Source: a virus
Length of the DNA stretch: 64,000 nucleotides
Strand: one strand, 5' to 3'
Virus record (IMG/VR): IMGVR_UViG_3300020159_003728
Coordinates: 2,396-66,395 of that record
A program made the position numbers and the translations under genes. Positions 1-8,944 of this stretch are shown here, one piece after another; position 1 is the stretch's first letter, and each line of letters starts with the position of its first letter. The notes under the pieces were generated by a model. It searched no databases, was not told the DNA's origin, and worked only from the letters and a program-made list of their open reading frames with translations.

Positions 1-243
1 GCCAAGTGGGCGGTCGAGAACAACATAGTTGACTCCCGGGCAGAGGGAATTACTCTCCATGAAGAAATTATGGATGGTTGGGATCAATTAGGCGCCGATC
101 AACAAGAACTCGCAGAAATGTTAAGTGTAATCGAAGATGAAATTGACAGGCTTAAAAAACAGTGGAATGACAAGCATGCCCGAAGTGTTCCAGGATTTGA
201 AGAGTCTTTTGACGAATGGCAAAAGAGCCATCCCTGGATGTAA
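1..243 (+). CDS. 3' end of an upstream gene (partial), acidic hypothetical protein
   Basis: Frame 1 is open from base 1 to TAA at 241-243 (AKWAVENNIVDS...QKSHPWM*) and is co-oriented with the head module. Confidence 0.6.
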   Translation, partial: AKWAVENNIVDSRAEGITLHEEIMDGWDQLGADQQELAEMLSVIEDEIDRLKKQWNDKHARSVPGFEESFDEWQKSHPWM

Positions 244-292
244 GTTCCGTCAAGTACATTAACGATCGTCTAAACTTTGTGAGGAGACTGTC

Positions 293-1816
293 TTGAGAAA
301 CGAAAAATCTCTGACTAAGATTACAAACAAATATCACTGCATGGTTTCGGGTGAAAAACTAATGAAACCGTGCAGCGATTGCGATAACCCCAAAGGCTGT
401 CTTTCTAGAGGCATGCAATACAAGGAGACTGAAGAAAAAATGGACGAACAAGCAGCTCTTAAGGTTTCTTCCGACGGAAGTGTCGTTTCATGCGCCAAGG
501 GCGATGTCTCCGCATGTGGATATAAAGGCGGATCTGTCTGCGGCGCCTGTGGTGCACCTGCCCTCAAGTTAAAGGGACAGGCCATGATGGAAGACGGCGA
601 AGAAGAGATGATGGAAGATGGCGAAGAAGAAATGATGTCGCCAGTCAAGAAGTCATCACGCAAAAAGGGCGGCATGATGATGGATGCCGAAATGTCTGAA
701 GATGAAGATGAGGATGAGGAATACATGCCATCCAAGTCAAAGAAGCGCAGTATGCCGATGGTCGCTGCAGCTGACGACGAAGAAGACATGGAAGACGAAG
801 ACGAAATGGACGAAGAAGACGAGGATGAGGCCGAAGAAGAGGCCATGACATCCGAGCGTCTCCGCATGCGTAATCGTCGTATGGCCACAATGGGCATCAA
901 GTCAGCTGACTATGACGAAGAAGCTTTTGTTTGCTCATTTGAACGCAAGGTATACCCCGGTGCTTCCGGAGTGTGCGAAAACTGCCCTGGTGGCTGTGCG
1001 CCAGAAGGAAATCTCCCCGGTCTCCTGGAAGTAGAAGGAATTGCCGAAGACATGTTCTTGGGTAAGGTTCTTGACTCCGGTTACTCGGACGAGGCTGATC
1101 TTTATGTGATCGATGTTGAGCGCAAGGACGGTCGAGTAATTGAAGCATTCTTTGAAGGAACTTCAGCAGACTGCCTTGGCTGGCATCTCCTGGAAAATGA
1201 CCCAATGGCTCAAAAATCAATTGAAGATCATTCAAATGAGATTGTGACATTCAGCGAAGCTGCAGAAATTGCGGTTAAGGCAATTAACGGAAATGTTATT
1301 GGCGTTGACCCGGATATTTTTGAAGGCTTTGACTCGTATGCAGTTGAAATTGAGGGCAAGGACGGTAAGTCCTACGATGTTTATGTAAGCCTTGATGGCG
1401 AAGTACTTGGTTATGACGAGTACTCGGCTCAAGAAGCTGAAGAGATCGAAGCCGAAGCTGCAGAGATTGCCCTTAAGCGTGCGTACTCAGAAGAAGCACG
1501 AGGCGAATTGGCTAGTAAAGGTATGGCCATGCCCGATGGTTCCTTCCCTATCAAGGATGAAGCAGACTTGCGCAATGCAATCCAAGCCTACGGTCGTGCT
1601 AAGGATAAGGAAGCCGCAAAGGCTCACATTATCAAGCGCGCGATGAAGCTGGGTCGAGAAGATCTAATTCCGATGAATTGGGTACCCAAGAAAGTTCAAG
1701 AAGAATTCTCTGAAGGCATGAAAAAGGATGCATCTGATGAATTCCTCGCTAATTTGATGGAGTTTGAACTGTTTACCGTAGAAGAAGACTCTCGCGAACT
1801 ATTCAATAAAGACTGA
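293..1816 (+). CDS. Acidic head-associated or scaffold-like protein with Cys clusters, two PepSY-like repeats and a C-terminal PDGSFPI domain
   Basis: GAGGAG lies upstream of the TTG start. E/D/M-rich linker. PepSY-like segment VTFSEAAEIAVKAINGNV..YAVEIEGKDGKSYDVYVSLDGEVLG. The GMAMPDGSFPIKDEADLRNAIQAYGR module resembles one I recall from phage head proteins. Confidence 0.65.
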   Translation: MRNEKSLTKITNKYHCMVSGEKLMKPCSDCDNPKGCLSRGMQYKETEEKMDEQAALKVSSDGSVVSCAKGDVSACGYKGGSVCGACGAPALKLKGQAMMEDGEEEMMEDGEEEMMSPVKKSSRKKGGMMMDAEMSEDEDEDEEYMPSKSKKRSMPMVAAADDEEDMEDEDEMDEEDEDEAEEEAMTSERLRMRNRRMATMGIKSADYDEEAFVCSFERKVYPGASGVCENCPGGCAPEGNLPGLLEVEGIAEDMFLGKVLDSGYSDEADLYVIDVERKDGRVIEAFFEGTSADCLGWHLLENDPMAQKSIEDHSNEIVTFSEAAEIAVKAINGNVIGVDPDIFEGFDSYAVEIEGKDGKSYDVYVSLDGEVLGYDEYSAQEAEEIEAEAAEIALKRAYSEEARGELASKGMAMPDGSFPIKDEADLRNAIQAYGRAKDKEAAKAHIIKRAMKLGREDLIPMNWVPKKVQEEFSEGMKKDASDEFLANLMEFELFTVEEDSRELFNKD

Positions 1817-1818
1817 AT

Positions 1819-4800
1819 TTGGGGGTTCAGGTGAGCCCTGATCAGCAAGAGGTAAAACCTCTCAAACTAAACGACATCCTTGGAAATAGATCAATCGTTC
1901 TATGCCCAGGTCTAGGTAGCGATCAAGACTCCAAGATCAGAACAGGCTTAGTTGATTCTGATTATGTAAGTCGGCTACTCGTAGATGACGACGATCAACA
2001 GTTTGGATATAAAGGATTTCTCGGAAGAACAATTCGAGAAAACCGTAGTCTCGCGTCAATTGGCGACCGTGTTGCGCGCTCCATGGGCGTTGTCGTTGAT
2101 GATTTAGGTAAGCTTCGCTGCCCACCAGGAACACCTAACGCCAATCAATTTACAGATTTGCAAATGACCGGCTGCATGGACGCTCCATCTGCTGGCCAAA
2201 TTGTTAATGGTGTTGCTGATGCTTCAGATTCGCTAATGAACGGCCTTGCCGGTAGGCGTAATAAGGGTATTGTTGAAAGAACTCAACGGGTTATCGACAA
2301 ATATGGGCCACTCGACACAATCGATCAACAAAAAGAAGCTCTGTCTAAAGCATTCCCGAATGCTCAGGTCTTTTTTAAAGATCGATTCCTGAACAGAATC
2401 ACTCCTACCGGACGAAGAAAAATCACTGAAGCTAGGCGTGCTTTCGCAGTTTCTCTACTAGCTGAAGCTGATGAGTTTCCAGATGTTGCAGAATCAGTTG
2501 GCCTAATAAGTGACCGACTTGGATTTGTAAACGGACAATCATCTATTGCAATGGTTTCATACGAACCCAACCATGCGATAAGTGGAGTTCATATACACAT
2601 GTCTCAGTGGTCCGTTACATCCTTGGGAGAAAGAGTTGCGCGTCGTGCCGCAGATTCTACTTCCAAAAGAGAAGGACTCCCTAGCATTTCTTCTAATGGC
2701 ATAAATAAAGATACTTCTATTAATGATCGAATGCACCACTATGCATCTCATGAGTTTGGTCATGTAGTCGACCTTAACTCTCAAATGAAATCATGGGGAT
2801 TTGATCCTAAGAAATCCAATGGCAGAATAGACTTTGTTAAGACACGCCCAGCAAATGACGCACTTATTGAGGCTGAACTAGCAGGAGCGTTGGACGAACT
2901 ACAAAAAGCAGATCCGAAATCAGCAAAACAAGCTCAAAAACAATTTTCTGACTTCTTTGAAGGGCTTATGAAAAATGAATGGTTTGGGCGCAAATTAGAT
3001 TCTGCAGAATTGGAAATGCTAGACGAGGTGCTCGGAAGCGCCTATGCGTCGGCTCACTTTCAACAAACAGATGATGTTATTGAATACATAGCCGAACTAT
3101 TCGCTCAAATTCGTATTTCAGGATATGGAAGCGAAATACCAAACTCGAGCGGGGATTTAGTCGTTAGACAGCCACGAGAGATTCTTCGTGATTTCCTTAG
3201 TCGAGACATACCTGGTGCTGATGATGCTGCTGGTGGTAGACAAATTGGCGAAATCAAATCATCAATTGGTGGTCATGAAATGATGGAAGAAAAAGGAATG
3301 CGTCGCCGTTTGGCTCGCCGGCTAGAACGATTTATACCGGTAAACATGCGCGAAGATGGTGACGGGGATGGGTTTGTCAACAACCCCCTAACTGGGCGTG
3401 ACGATGTGCCCGTTGCTCGAGGCCAGGCAGCAATAGCAAATACTCGCGCTCAAGCCATATATCGATCTAGAAAGCCAAAAGACACAAACATAGTTCGCAT
3501 GTCATCAATAGATGATGACGATCCAGACGAATTGTTTAGAAGTTTGGGACTACCTATAGGCAAGCCGATAAAAAGAACTGATCGTTGGGGTTCAATTTCT
3601 GCACCCAAGCCAGAGAATAAACCGTCATCTGCTCAAGAACAGGCAGAACAGTCGTTGGGAATTCAAGAACAAAAAGTTCGCCGCGCGACTTTAAAAAATA
3701 TCAACATGTATAAACTCACGCAACTTTCAGATCAGTTGCTTGATCTTAATGAAGATCTCCAAAAGCGCCGAACGGTCACATCAAGCAGCGATGAGGAATC
3801 AGACTCGGATGATGTTGGCGAACGCGCTTTTAAGCGAATTAACAAAATTCACTTGCGTTTACTTCAAATCCTCAAAGAAAAACGAGCCAGAGACATAGAA
3901 TCTGGCATAGAGCTTGATGTCACAGAGGACAACATTAAACGCCTATACAAAGGCCTTGAAAGTCTTCGCAACATACGCGATGATATTGATGATGACTACG
4001 ACATCCTAAAGTCACCATTGATTGATGATCTGTATGCTCAAATAAGGAAACTATATAAAGAGCAATTTGATTCACTGCCAGAAGTTGAGAAAAAATCGTT
4101 TAGCAATGATTTTGAAGTTAAGGCGATTGGAAAGAAACTTGGTCGGCGCGGCAAAAATGCGGTACGCAGGATCTTTAAAAAACCAGACTTTGACGGCGAT
4201 GGTGATGGTTTTGTTACAAACCCAGCAACCGGTCGTGATGATCTTCCATTTGTTCAGGCGCCAAGTGCCCCAGATGTCGCACCAAAAAAACGATCACTAT
4301 TTGCATCAATGGTTCGTAAAGGAAAGAACGAAACTCCCCTTGCAAGAATGGAGTGGACTGAAGCTGACCCAGACCCATCTTCGCCTTCGTCATGGGCTGG
4401 ACGGTTTGCGGTATACAAAGAAATGATGATGGGTCAAAATGTCAAGGCCCGACCATGGGCACCCATTGCTATGCGTGTTGCCGAAATTGAAAGCCTTGTC
4501 GAGGCTCGGTTTGGAAAGCTTGAAACACCTGAGGAAATAAAAAAAGCTCTCAAAAGCGCAGTACCAACAGCTCAGGTAAAGGTCAAATTAAGCAAAGAAA
4601 AACTTAATGATCCGGGAATTAGAGCAGAAATAATCGGATATCTATACATGATGTCGAGACTTCCAGAGCACTTCGGTTCTGCACGAAAAATTGAAATTCA
4701 CGAAAGAGACGCGCGTCCTTTGGTTAGTTCTAGCGCAACAGAAACTGTACTTCAGTCAAAGTGGAGAGAGCATGGTGGAAAATTAATAAATCACCTATCT

Positions 4801-6009
4801 CGTGGGACAAAGCTAGATGTTATGTTTGCGCCAAATCAAATGGTCTTTCGCGATGATGGAACTATTCTTGCGGCCCAAGCAAAAGACACTGTTGGCACTC
4901 AGATAGTAAAATCCTATCTACGCCACCTAGAAGAGACTAATGCAATAGAAGAAGGGATACTCACAGAAGAAGAAGCTTTAAGGACGGCAATCCTGCTCCA
5001 GGGTCTTTCTACTGGGGTTCATGAAGCCGGGCATGCTATTCACCATACAAGGTCGTCAATGTGGACAGGCAAAGAAAATCCACAAGAAATAGTAGAAAAA
5101 ATTAATGACATTCTTACTAATCGACCAGATGATATTAAAACAACCATATTCCGTAGTTGGTTTTCAAAAGATATTCTAAATGGGATCCAGCTATCTTTGA
5201 TGGTACAAGCGGGTTATGGCGGCGACATTAATAACCTCGCCGCAGCAGCACAGAACCAGCAGGACCCCAATTTAAAAAAGATGCTGTCACAACTATTAGA
5301 TGATTGGAAAAATAACCCTTTTACAGACGACGGTTTAATACCTGGCTACTTGTTTAGCGAGTATGAATCAGAAGAAAAAATAGATCTAATGCAACAAATA
5401 GTGACCGGTGGGTTGGACAAAACCGAGTGGGCAAAATTTATTTGGGGCGAGGATGCTCAGTCTGACATCGCTGAACGCCTATTTGATGACATGATGAAAT
5501 TTGCAAATGACGCAGGAATTGAACAAACAACCGCCGACGAAATACGCGAGGAAATGTTTTCTGATCAAGATAGTGCGCTTTCCGCAGCGTTGGGAATTTT
5601 GCTTGCCGGCCGAATGTGGGATGATCTAAGCAGTAAAGAAATTTCTACACTCAGGCGGAGCTGGAAACATATCTCGAGTTACGCAAAAGATAAAAACAGT
5701 TCTTATTCTGAGCGGTATGGATCAAACAGGCCTTCGCTCGAAGGTGTTGCCGAGGCAATAACAGCTCGTATTTTTGGGTTTTCGTTCATCAAAGACAACC
5801 CAGATGCTGAAGCTGCGCTAGATAAATTAATTGCATGGATTTATTCATCGCCAGAACCGTCAATAGCAATTGCATTTGACAAAATTATTGAATTGTTTGG
5901 CGATTTTGATGTTCCCGACGATGAAGATGGAACAAAATCTTTGTATGATGGGCTTGCTGGAGCTAGTAAAGATCTGTACCTACTACTTGGGCTAAAGGAG
6001 CCACAATGA
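1819..6009 (+). CDS. Modular (polyvalent-type) protein with two zincin-like metallopeptidase domains
   Basis: HEFGH..SAYA..EYIAE and HEAGH..SSYA..EGVAE motifs. One RCPxG tag and two DGDGDGF..NPxTGRDDxP tags. Confidence 0.75.
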   Translation: MGVQVSPDQQEVKPLKLNDILGNRSIVLCPGLGSDQDSKIRTGLVDSDYVSRLLVDDDDQQFGYKGFLGRTIRENRSLASIGDRVARSMGVVVDDLGKLRCPPGTPNANQFTDLQMTGCMDAPSAGQIVNGVADASDSLMNGLAGRRNKGIVERTQRVIDKYGPLDTIDQQKEALSKAFPNAQVFFKDRFLNRITPTGRRKITEARRAFAVSLLAEADEFPDVAESVGLISDRLGFVNGQSSIAMVSYEPNHAISGVHIHMSQWSVTSLGERVARRAADSTSKREGLPSISSNGINKDTSINDRMHHYASHEFGHVVDLNSQMKSWGFDPKKSNGRIDFVKTRPANDALIEAELAGALDELQKADPKSAKQAQKQFSDFFEGLMKNEWFGRKLDSAELEMLDEVLGSAYASAHFQQTDDVIEYIAELFAQIRISGYGSEIPNSSGDLVVRQPREILRDFLSRDIPGADDAAGGRQIGEIKSSIGGHEMMEEKGMRRRLARRLERFIPVNMREDGDGDGFVNNPLTGRDDVPVARGQAAIANTRAQAIYRSRKPKDTNIVRMSSIDDDDPDELFRSLGLPIGKPIKRTDRWGSISAPKPENKPSSAQEQAEQSLGIQEQKVRRATLKNINMYKLTQLSDQLLDLNEDLQKRRTVTSSSDEESDSDDVGERAFKRINKIHLRLLQILKEKRARDIESGIELDVTEDNIKRLYKGLESLRNIRDDIDDDYDILKSPLIDDLYAQIRKLYKEQFDSLPEVEKKSFSNDFEVKAIGKKLGRRGKNAVRRIFKKPDFDGDGDGFVTNPATGRDDLPFVQAPSAPDVAPKKRSLFASMVRKGKNETPLARMEWTEADPDPSSPSSWAGRFAVYKEMMMGQNVKARPWAPIAMRVAEIESLVEARFGKLETPEEIKKALKSAVPTAQVKVKLSKEKLNDPGIRAEIIGYLYMMSRLPEHFGSARKIEIHERDARPLVSSSATETVLQSKWREHGGKLINHLSRGTKLDVMFAPNQMVFRDDGTILAAQAKDTVGTQIVKSYLRHLEETNAIEEGILTEEEALRTAILLQGLSTGVHEAGHAIHHTRSSMWTGKENPQEIVEKINDILTNRPDDIKTTIFRSWFSKDILNGIQLSLMVQAGYGGDINNLAAAAQNQQDPNLKKMLSQLLDDWKNNPFTDDGLIPGYLFSEYESEEKIDLMQQIVTGGLDKTEWAKFIWGEDAQSDIAERLFDDMMKFANDAGIEQTTADEIREEMFSDQDSALSAALGILLAGRMWDDLSSKEISTLRRSWKHISSYAKDKNSSYSERYGSNRPSLEGVAEAITARIFGFSFIKDNPDAEAALDKLIAWIYSSPEPSIAIAFDKIIELFGDFDVPDDEDGTKSLYDGLAGASKDLYLLLGLKEPQ

Positions 6010-6344
6010 CAGACAAATCTCAACTTTTATCGGATCAGCTGCACTATCTTGCTAATGAGCGATCTCTGGCCGGAAACACAATCACGGATCGTGCTAGGGA
6101 AATCTTGCTCGACGATCTAAAATATAATCCACCGGCACCAGAAATGATGGATAATCCATTCACAAAAATCGACCCCTCCGTATTTGAGAAACCATCTATA
6201 TCTAGTGATGAGATATCCAAGTTCTGGGTTCTTAAAAACAATCAAATCGAATCATTATCTGATAGTAAAATTACTACCGGCCGGCGTGGAGTGACAAAAC
6301 GGCGTGTAGTAGTTGAGAAAGAGAGCGGCAATGACAACGAATAA
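6006..6344 (+). CDS. Small hypothetical protein coupled to the peptidase polyprotein
   Basis: ATGA overlap with the upstream stop and AAGGAG upstream. Confidence 0.65.
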   Translation: MTDKSQLLSDQLHYLANERSLAGNTITDRAREILLDDLKYNPPAPEMMDNPFTKIDPSVFEKPSISSDEISKFWVLKNNQIESLSDSKITTGRRGVTKRRVVVEKESGNDNE

Positions 6345-6945
6345 CAATGAACAGATTGAGCAAAAAGCACCTGTTCCGGCGGACGCAATCCCTCAAGAAA
6401 GAATTACTGGAGATGTGCTTCGTGGTTATGGCCCGCGCCGGGGAAATCTTGAAAGACTCCTTCGCTACTGGCGACCAATTATGCGCAAAGAGGGCGGTTT
6501 TAGACGCTGTCGAGTGATCCTTGCAGACCATCCTGAACTGTACCCTCTCAACAATATTTGCGCCTGGCTTCATCATGAAACAACTGGGCTTTGGCCCAAC
6601 GAGGGATGCCATCACCCGGGAATGAAGAATTGCCGGAAAAAACTCAAGAATGTTGTCAAAGGCTCACTCTGGAGTGACCGTCAGTTCGATGATCGGATTG
6701 CTAAACTTAGAAGTGCTGGCAAAAAGGCAGATCCAATGGGTATGTCCTCTGGTTATGTAGTGACCGAAGACGACATCAAACACGCTAATTTAGTCTTGCG
6801 TGACTTTGCGGACATGGAGCCAGCTTTCATGCGCGCTATCAGCGATGAGAATAACTGGGTACATGAAGGTCTCGACGAGAATGACGATTGGTCAGAACAT
6901 GAATGGTCTAAGCCGTCAAAAGGATGTAATTGCGGGTGTGGCTGA
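6331..6945 (+). CDS. Conserved-type phage head-region protein
   Basis: GNLERLLRYW..GGFRRC..NICAWLHHETTGLWP resembles a module I recall from actinophage head-region proteins. Start moved to ATG 6331. Confidence 0.65.
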   Translation: MTTNNNEQIEQKAPVPADAIPQERITGDVLRGYGPRRGNLERLLRYWRPIMRKEGGFRRCRVILADHPELYPLNNICAWLHHETTGLWPNEGCHHPGMKNCRKKLKNVVKGSLWSDRQFDDRIAKLRSAGKKADPMGMSSGYVVTEDDIKHANLVLRDFADMEPAFMRAISDENNWVHEGLDENDDWSEHEWSKPSKGCNCGCG

Positions 6946-6946
6946 A

Positions 6947-8938
6947 ATGCGCACGCCCAGACATACTTTTACTCGAGTTGTTCTAACTGCTCGCACCGAA
7001 TCAACTTCTCATTTTGCTCTTCCGTTAAATGGCTCCCCATCTCTTGTATCTTTCAAGGCGTTACTTCGACGATCTAGTAATTTTTATTCAGTCAAAGTTG
7101 GGTTATTTGGATCACAGGGCCGCATTGGCCAGGGCCTCCAGGCCGTAGGTACGGGAGTTATTCCTGGCGATACATCTGGTTTAAGAAGCCCAATTAGATC
7201 TGGTGTCTTCACTGCCCTGACGCCCGGAGGCCTTCTTCCAAGTGGAGGAGTTTCAGCAAGTCGCGAATCTCGTGGTTATCGTTGTCCTGAAGGTTTCCAG
7301 TACGGAGGGCGTTTCACTGACAATCGTTTTTCTACATGTGGACAAATGCTTTTTGACATTTTCCCGCTTGGTGCTGCGCTCGGACAACTACTTAAACCAA
7401 TAAAAGCTCCATTAACTGTCGCTGGAACTGGAGGCTCAGTCTCTCCGATCCCGGGATTGAGCGCACAAGATCAACAAATTGTTATCGCTCGAGCTGCACA
7501 AATTCCTAAAATTGGCGCAGAAAATCCAGCTAAAAAGAAACTTGCCTTAGATAGTGCCCGCACTGCACTCGGCGCCGCAGAAGATGGCGTTACCCTCTTA
7601 GTTCGCCGCGATGGATTTGCACTTCGTCCAGTAGTACCAACTTCTATTCTTCGAACCGTTCCAGATAACCGCAATATGGAAGGCGCAACTTTCTTAGTTT
7701 CTGCCAAATCCCCAAAATCGCTGGGTGGCGAAGAGCTTGGCATGTTGTCAAATACTGGAATTTCTGAACTCAACTATCTTGGTAATAGCGGCACAATGTT
7801 GTCTTTGCGCAAAACTCGCCCTCTTACAGTTGGTGAGCGTCGCCGGCTTGGGCGACTAGTTGCAAAAGTCGCTGGCACAGAATCAGAAACAGATCCAGCA
7901 ATTAAACTACGCCAGGTTGCAGAAAACTCAAATGGCGCAATTGAGTACCGTGAAGATTTTGGGTCTATTAACGACCCCAACGACATGATCTCTGTTGTTA
8001 TTGGCGGAAGCAAGAAGCAAATTAGGCGCTGGGTCTACGAAAACTTCGTACGGCAAAATACTCGCAAGAAACCCGCAGCAGTATTGGAAGAAACGCCGAC
8101 GACCGAGCCGGTTGCAGGTGGCAAAATTGCAAACCTTGCCCAAGCAATTAAGCATCTTGACACAGGTGGGGATCCGTCAAAGATTCTTGCATCTATTCTT
8201 CCGCAGGCACTTCAAAGAGCGCGAGGTTACTCTTTGCAAAAAGAACAGCGAGGAACAAAGCTCTACAGCAGGCGTGGGTCATACAAGGTTAGAGAGTTCT
8301 CTGCGCAAAATGATTTTGAACACTTAAATGCAAAAGTTACATCTGATATCCAAAGATTAATTGGACTGAATCCAGAACCGGTAATTTTTGAAGGTGGCGG
8401 CCGTCGTCAACCATATTTTTCCTATGAAAAACTTGATGCTGATTTTTCAATTACGGCAGCAGACAATCTTGACAACCTTGACCCAGAACAAATTCTTGCG
8501 TTAGCCATGTCGGATTTTGTTCTTGACAATCGGTCACACACTGCGTCAACGACACGCATCGTCACTATTAAAGGCAAGAAATATATTCGTTCTGCCGACA
8601 ACTCCCTAACACTACTGGCCGGAATCTCAAAATCGAAAAATGCATCACGGATGCGGATGTTTGCAGACGAAGCTATTAATTCATCTGCGAGGGAGATGTA
8701 TCGAAAGTACTTCACAGAATTGACGGACCAGCAGCGTCGTCTTGTACTAATTCAGCTTGACAGAATCCTTGGCCGTTTAACTGAATTCTCATGGGACGAG
8801 TACCTACAGCGATTGAATATCGATGGTAAATTAAGTACTTCGGAAAAGACTCACCTGAACATAGTACGGTCAATCATTGACACGCGAGTAAAAGCTCTCA
8901 AAGCCAGTAAAAAATCTTTTGCGGATCTTCTTTTCTAA
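6947..8938 (+). CDS. Modular protein: RCPxG tag, possible degenerate JAB-like region, C-terminal degenerate HipA/PI3K-like kinase fold
   Basis: ATG lies just after the upstream TGA. DFVLDNRSH and SADNS align by eye with the kinase catalytic loop and metal-binding motif, but the catalytic Asp is missing. Confidence 0.65.
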   Translation: MRTPRHTFTRVVLTARTESTSHFALPLNGSPSLVSFKALLRRSSNFYSVKVGLFGSQGRIGQGLQAVGTGVIPGDTSGLRSPIRSGVFTALTPGGLLPSGGVSASRESRGYRCPEGFQYGGRFTDNRFSTCGQMLFDIFPLGAALGQLLKPIKAPLTVAGTGGSVSPIPGLSAQDQQIVIARAAQIPKIGAENPAKKKLALDSARTALGAAEDGVTLLVRRDGFALRPVVPTSILRTVPDNRNMEGATFLVSAKSPKSLGGEELGMLSNTGISELNYLGNSGTMLSLRKTRPLTVGERRRLGRLVAKVAGTESETDPAIKLRQVAENSNGAIEYREDFGSINDPNDMISVVIGGSKKQIRRWVYENFVRQNTRKKPAAVLEETPTTEPVAGGKIANLAQAIKHLDTGGDPSKILASILPQALQRARGYSLQKEQRGTKLYSRRGSYKVREFSAQNDFEHLNAKVTSDIQRLIGLNPEPVIFEGGGRRQPYFSYEKLDADFSITAADNLDNLDPEQILALAMSDFVLDNRSHTASTTRIVTIKGKKYIRSADNSLTLLAGISKSKNASRMRMFADEAINSSAREMYRKYFTELTDQQRRLVLIQLDRILGRLTEFSWDEYLQRLNIDGKLSTSEKTHLNIVRSIIDTRVKALKASKKSFADLLF

Positions 8939-8944
8939 CAAACT

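Noticed and set aside
334-900. Ser-rich antisense ORF, and similar shadow ORFs such as 10189-10722, 21919-22515 and 25192-25752
   Set aside because: These are reverse-frame shadows of low-complexity or codon-biased real genes.
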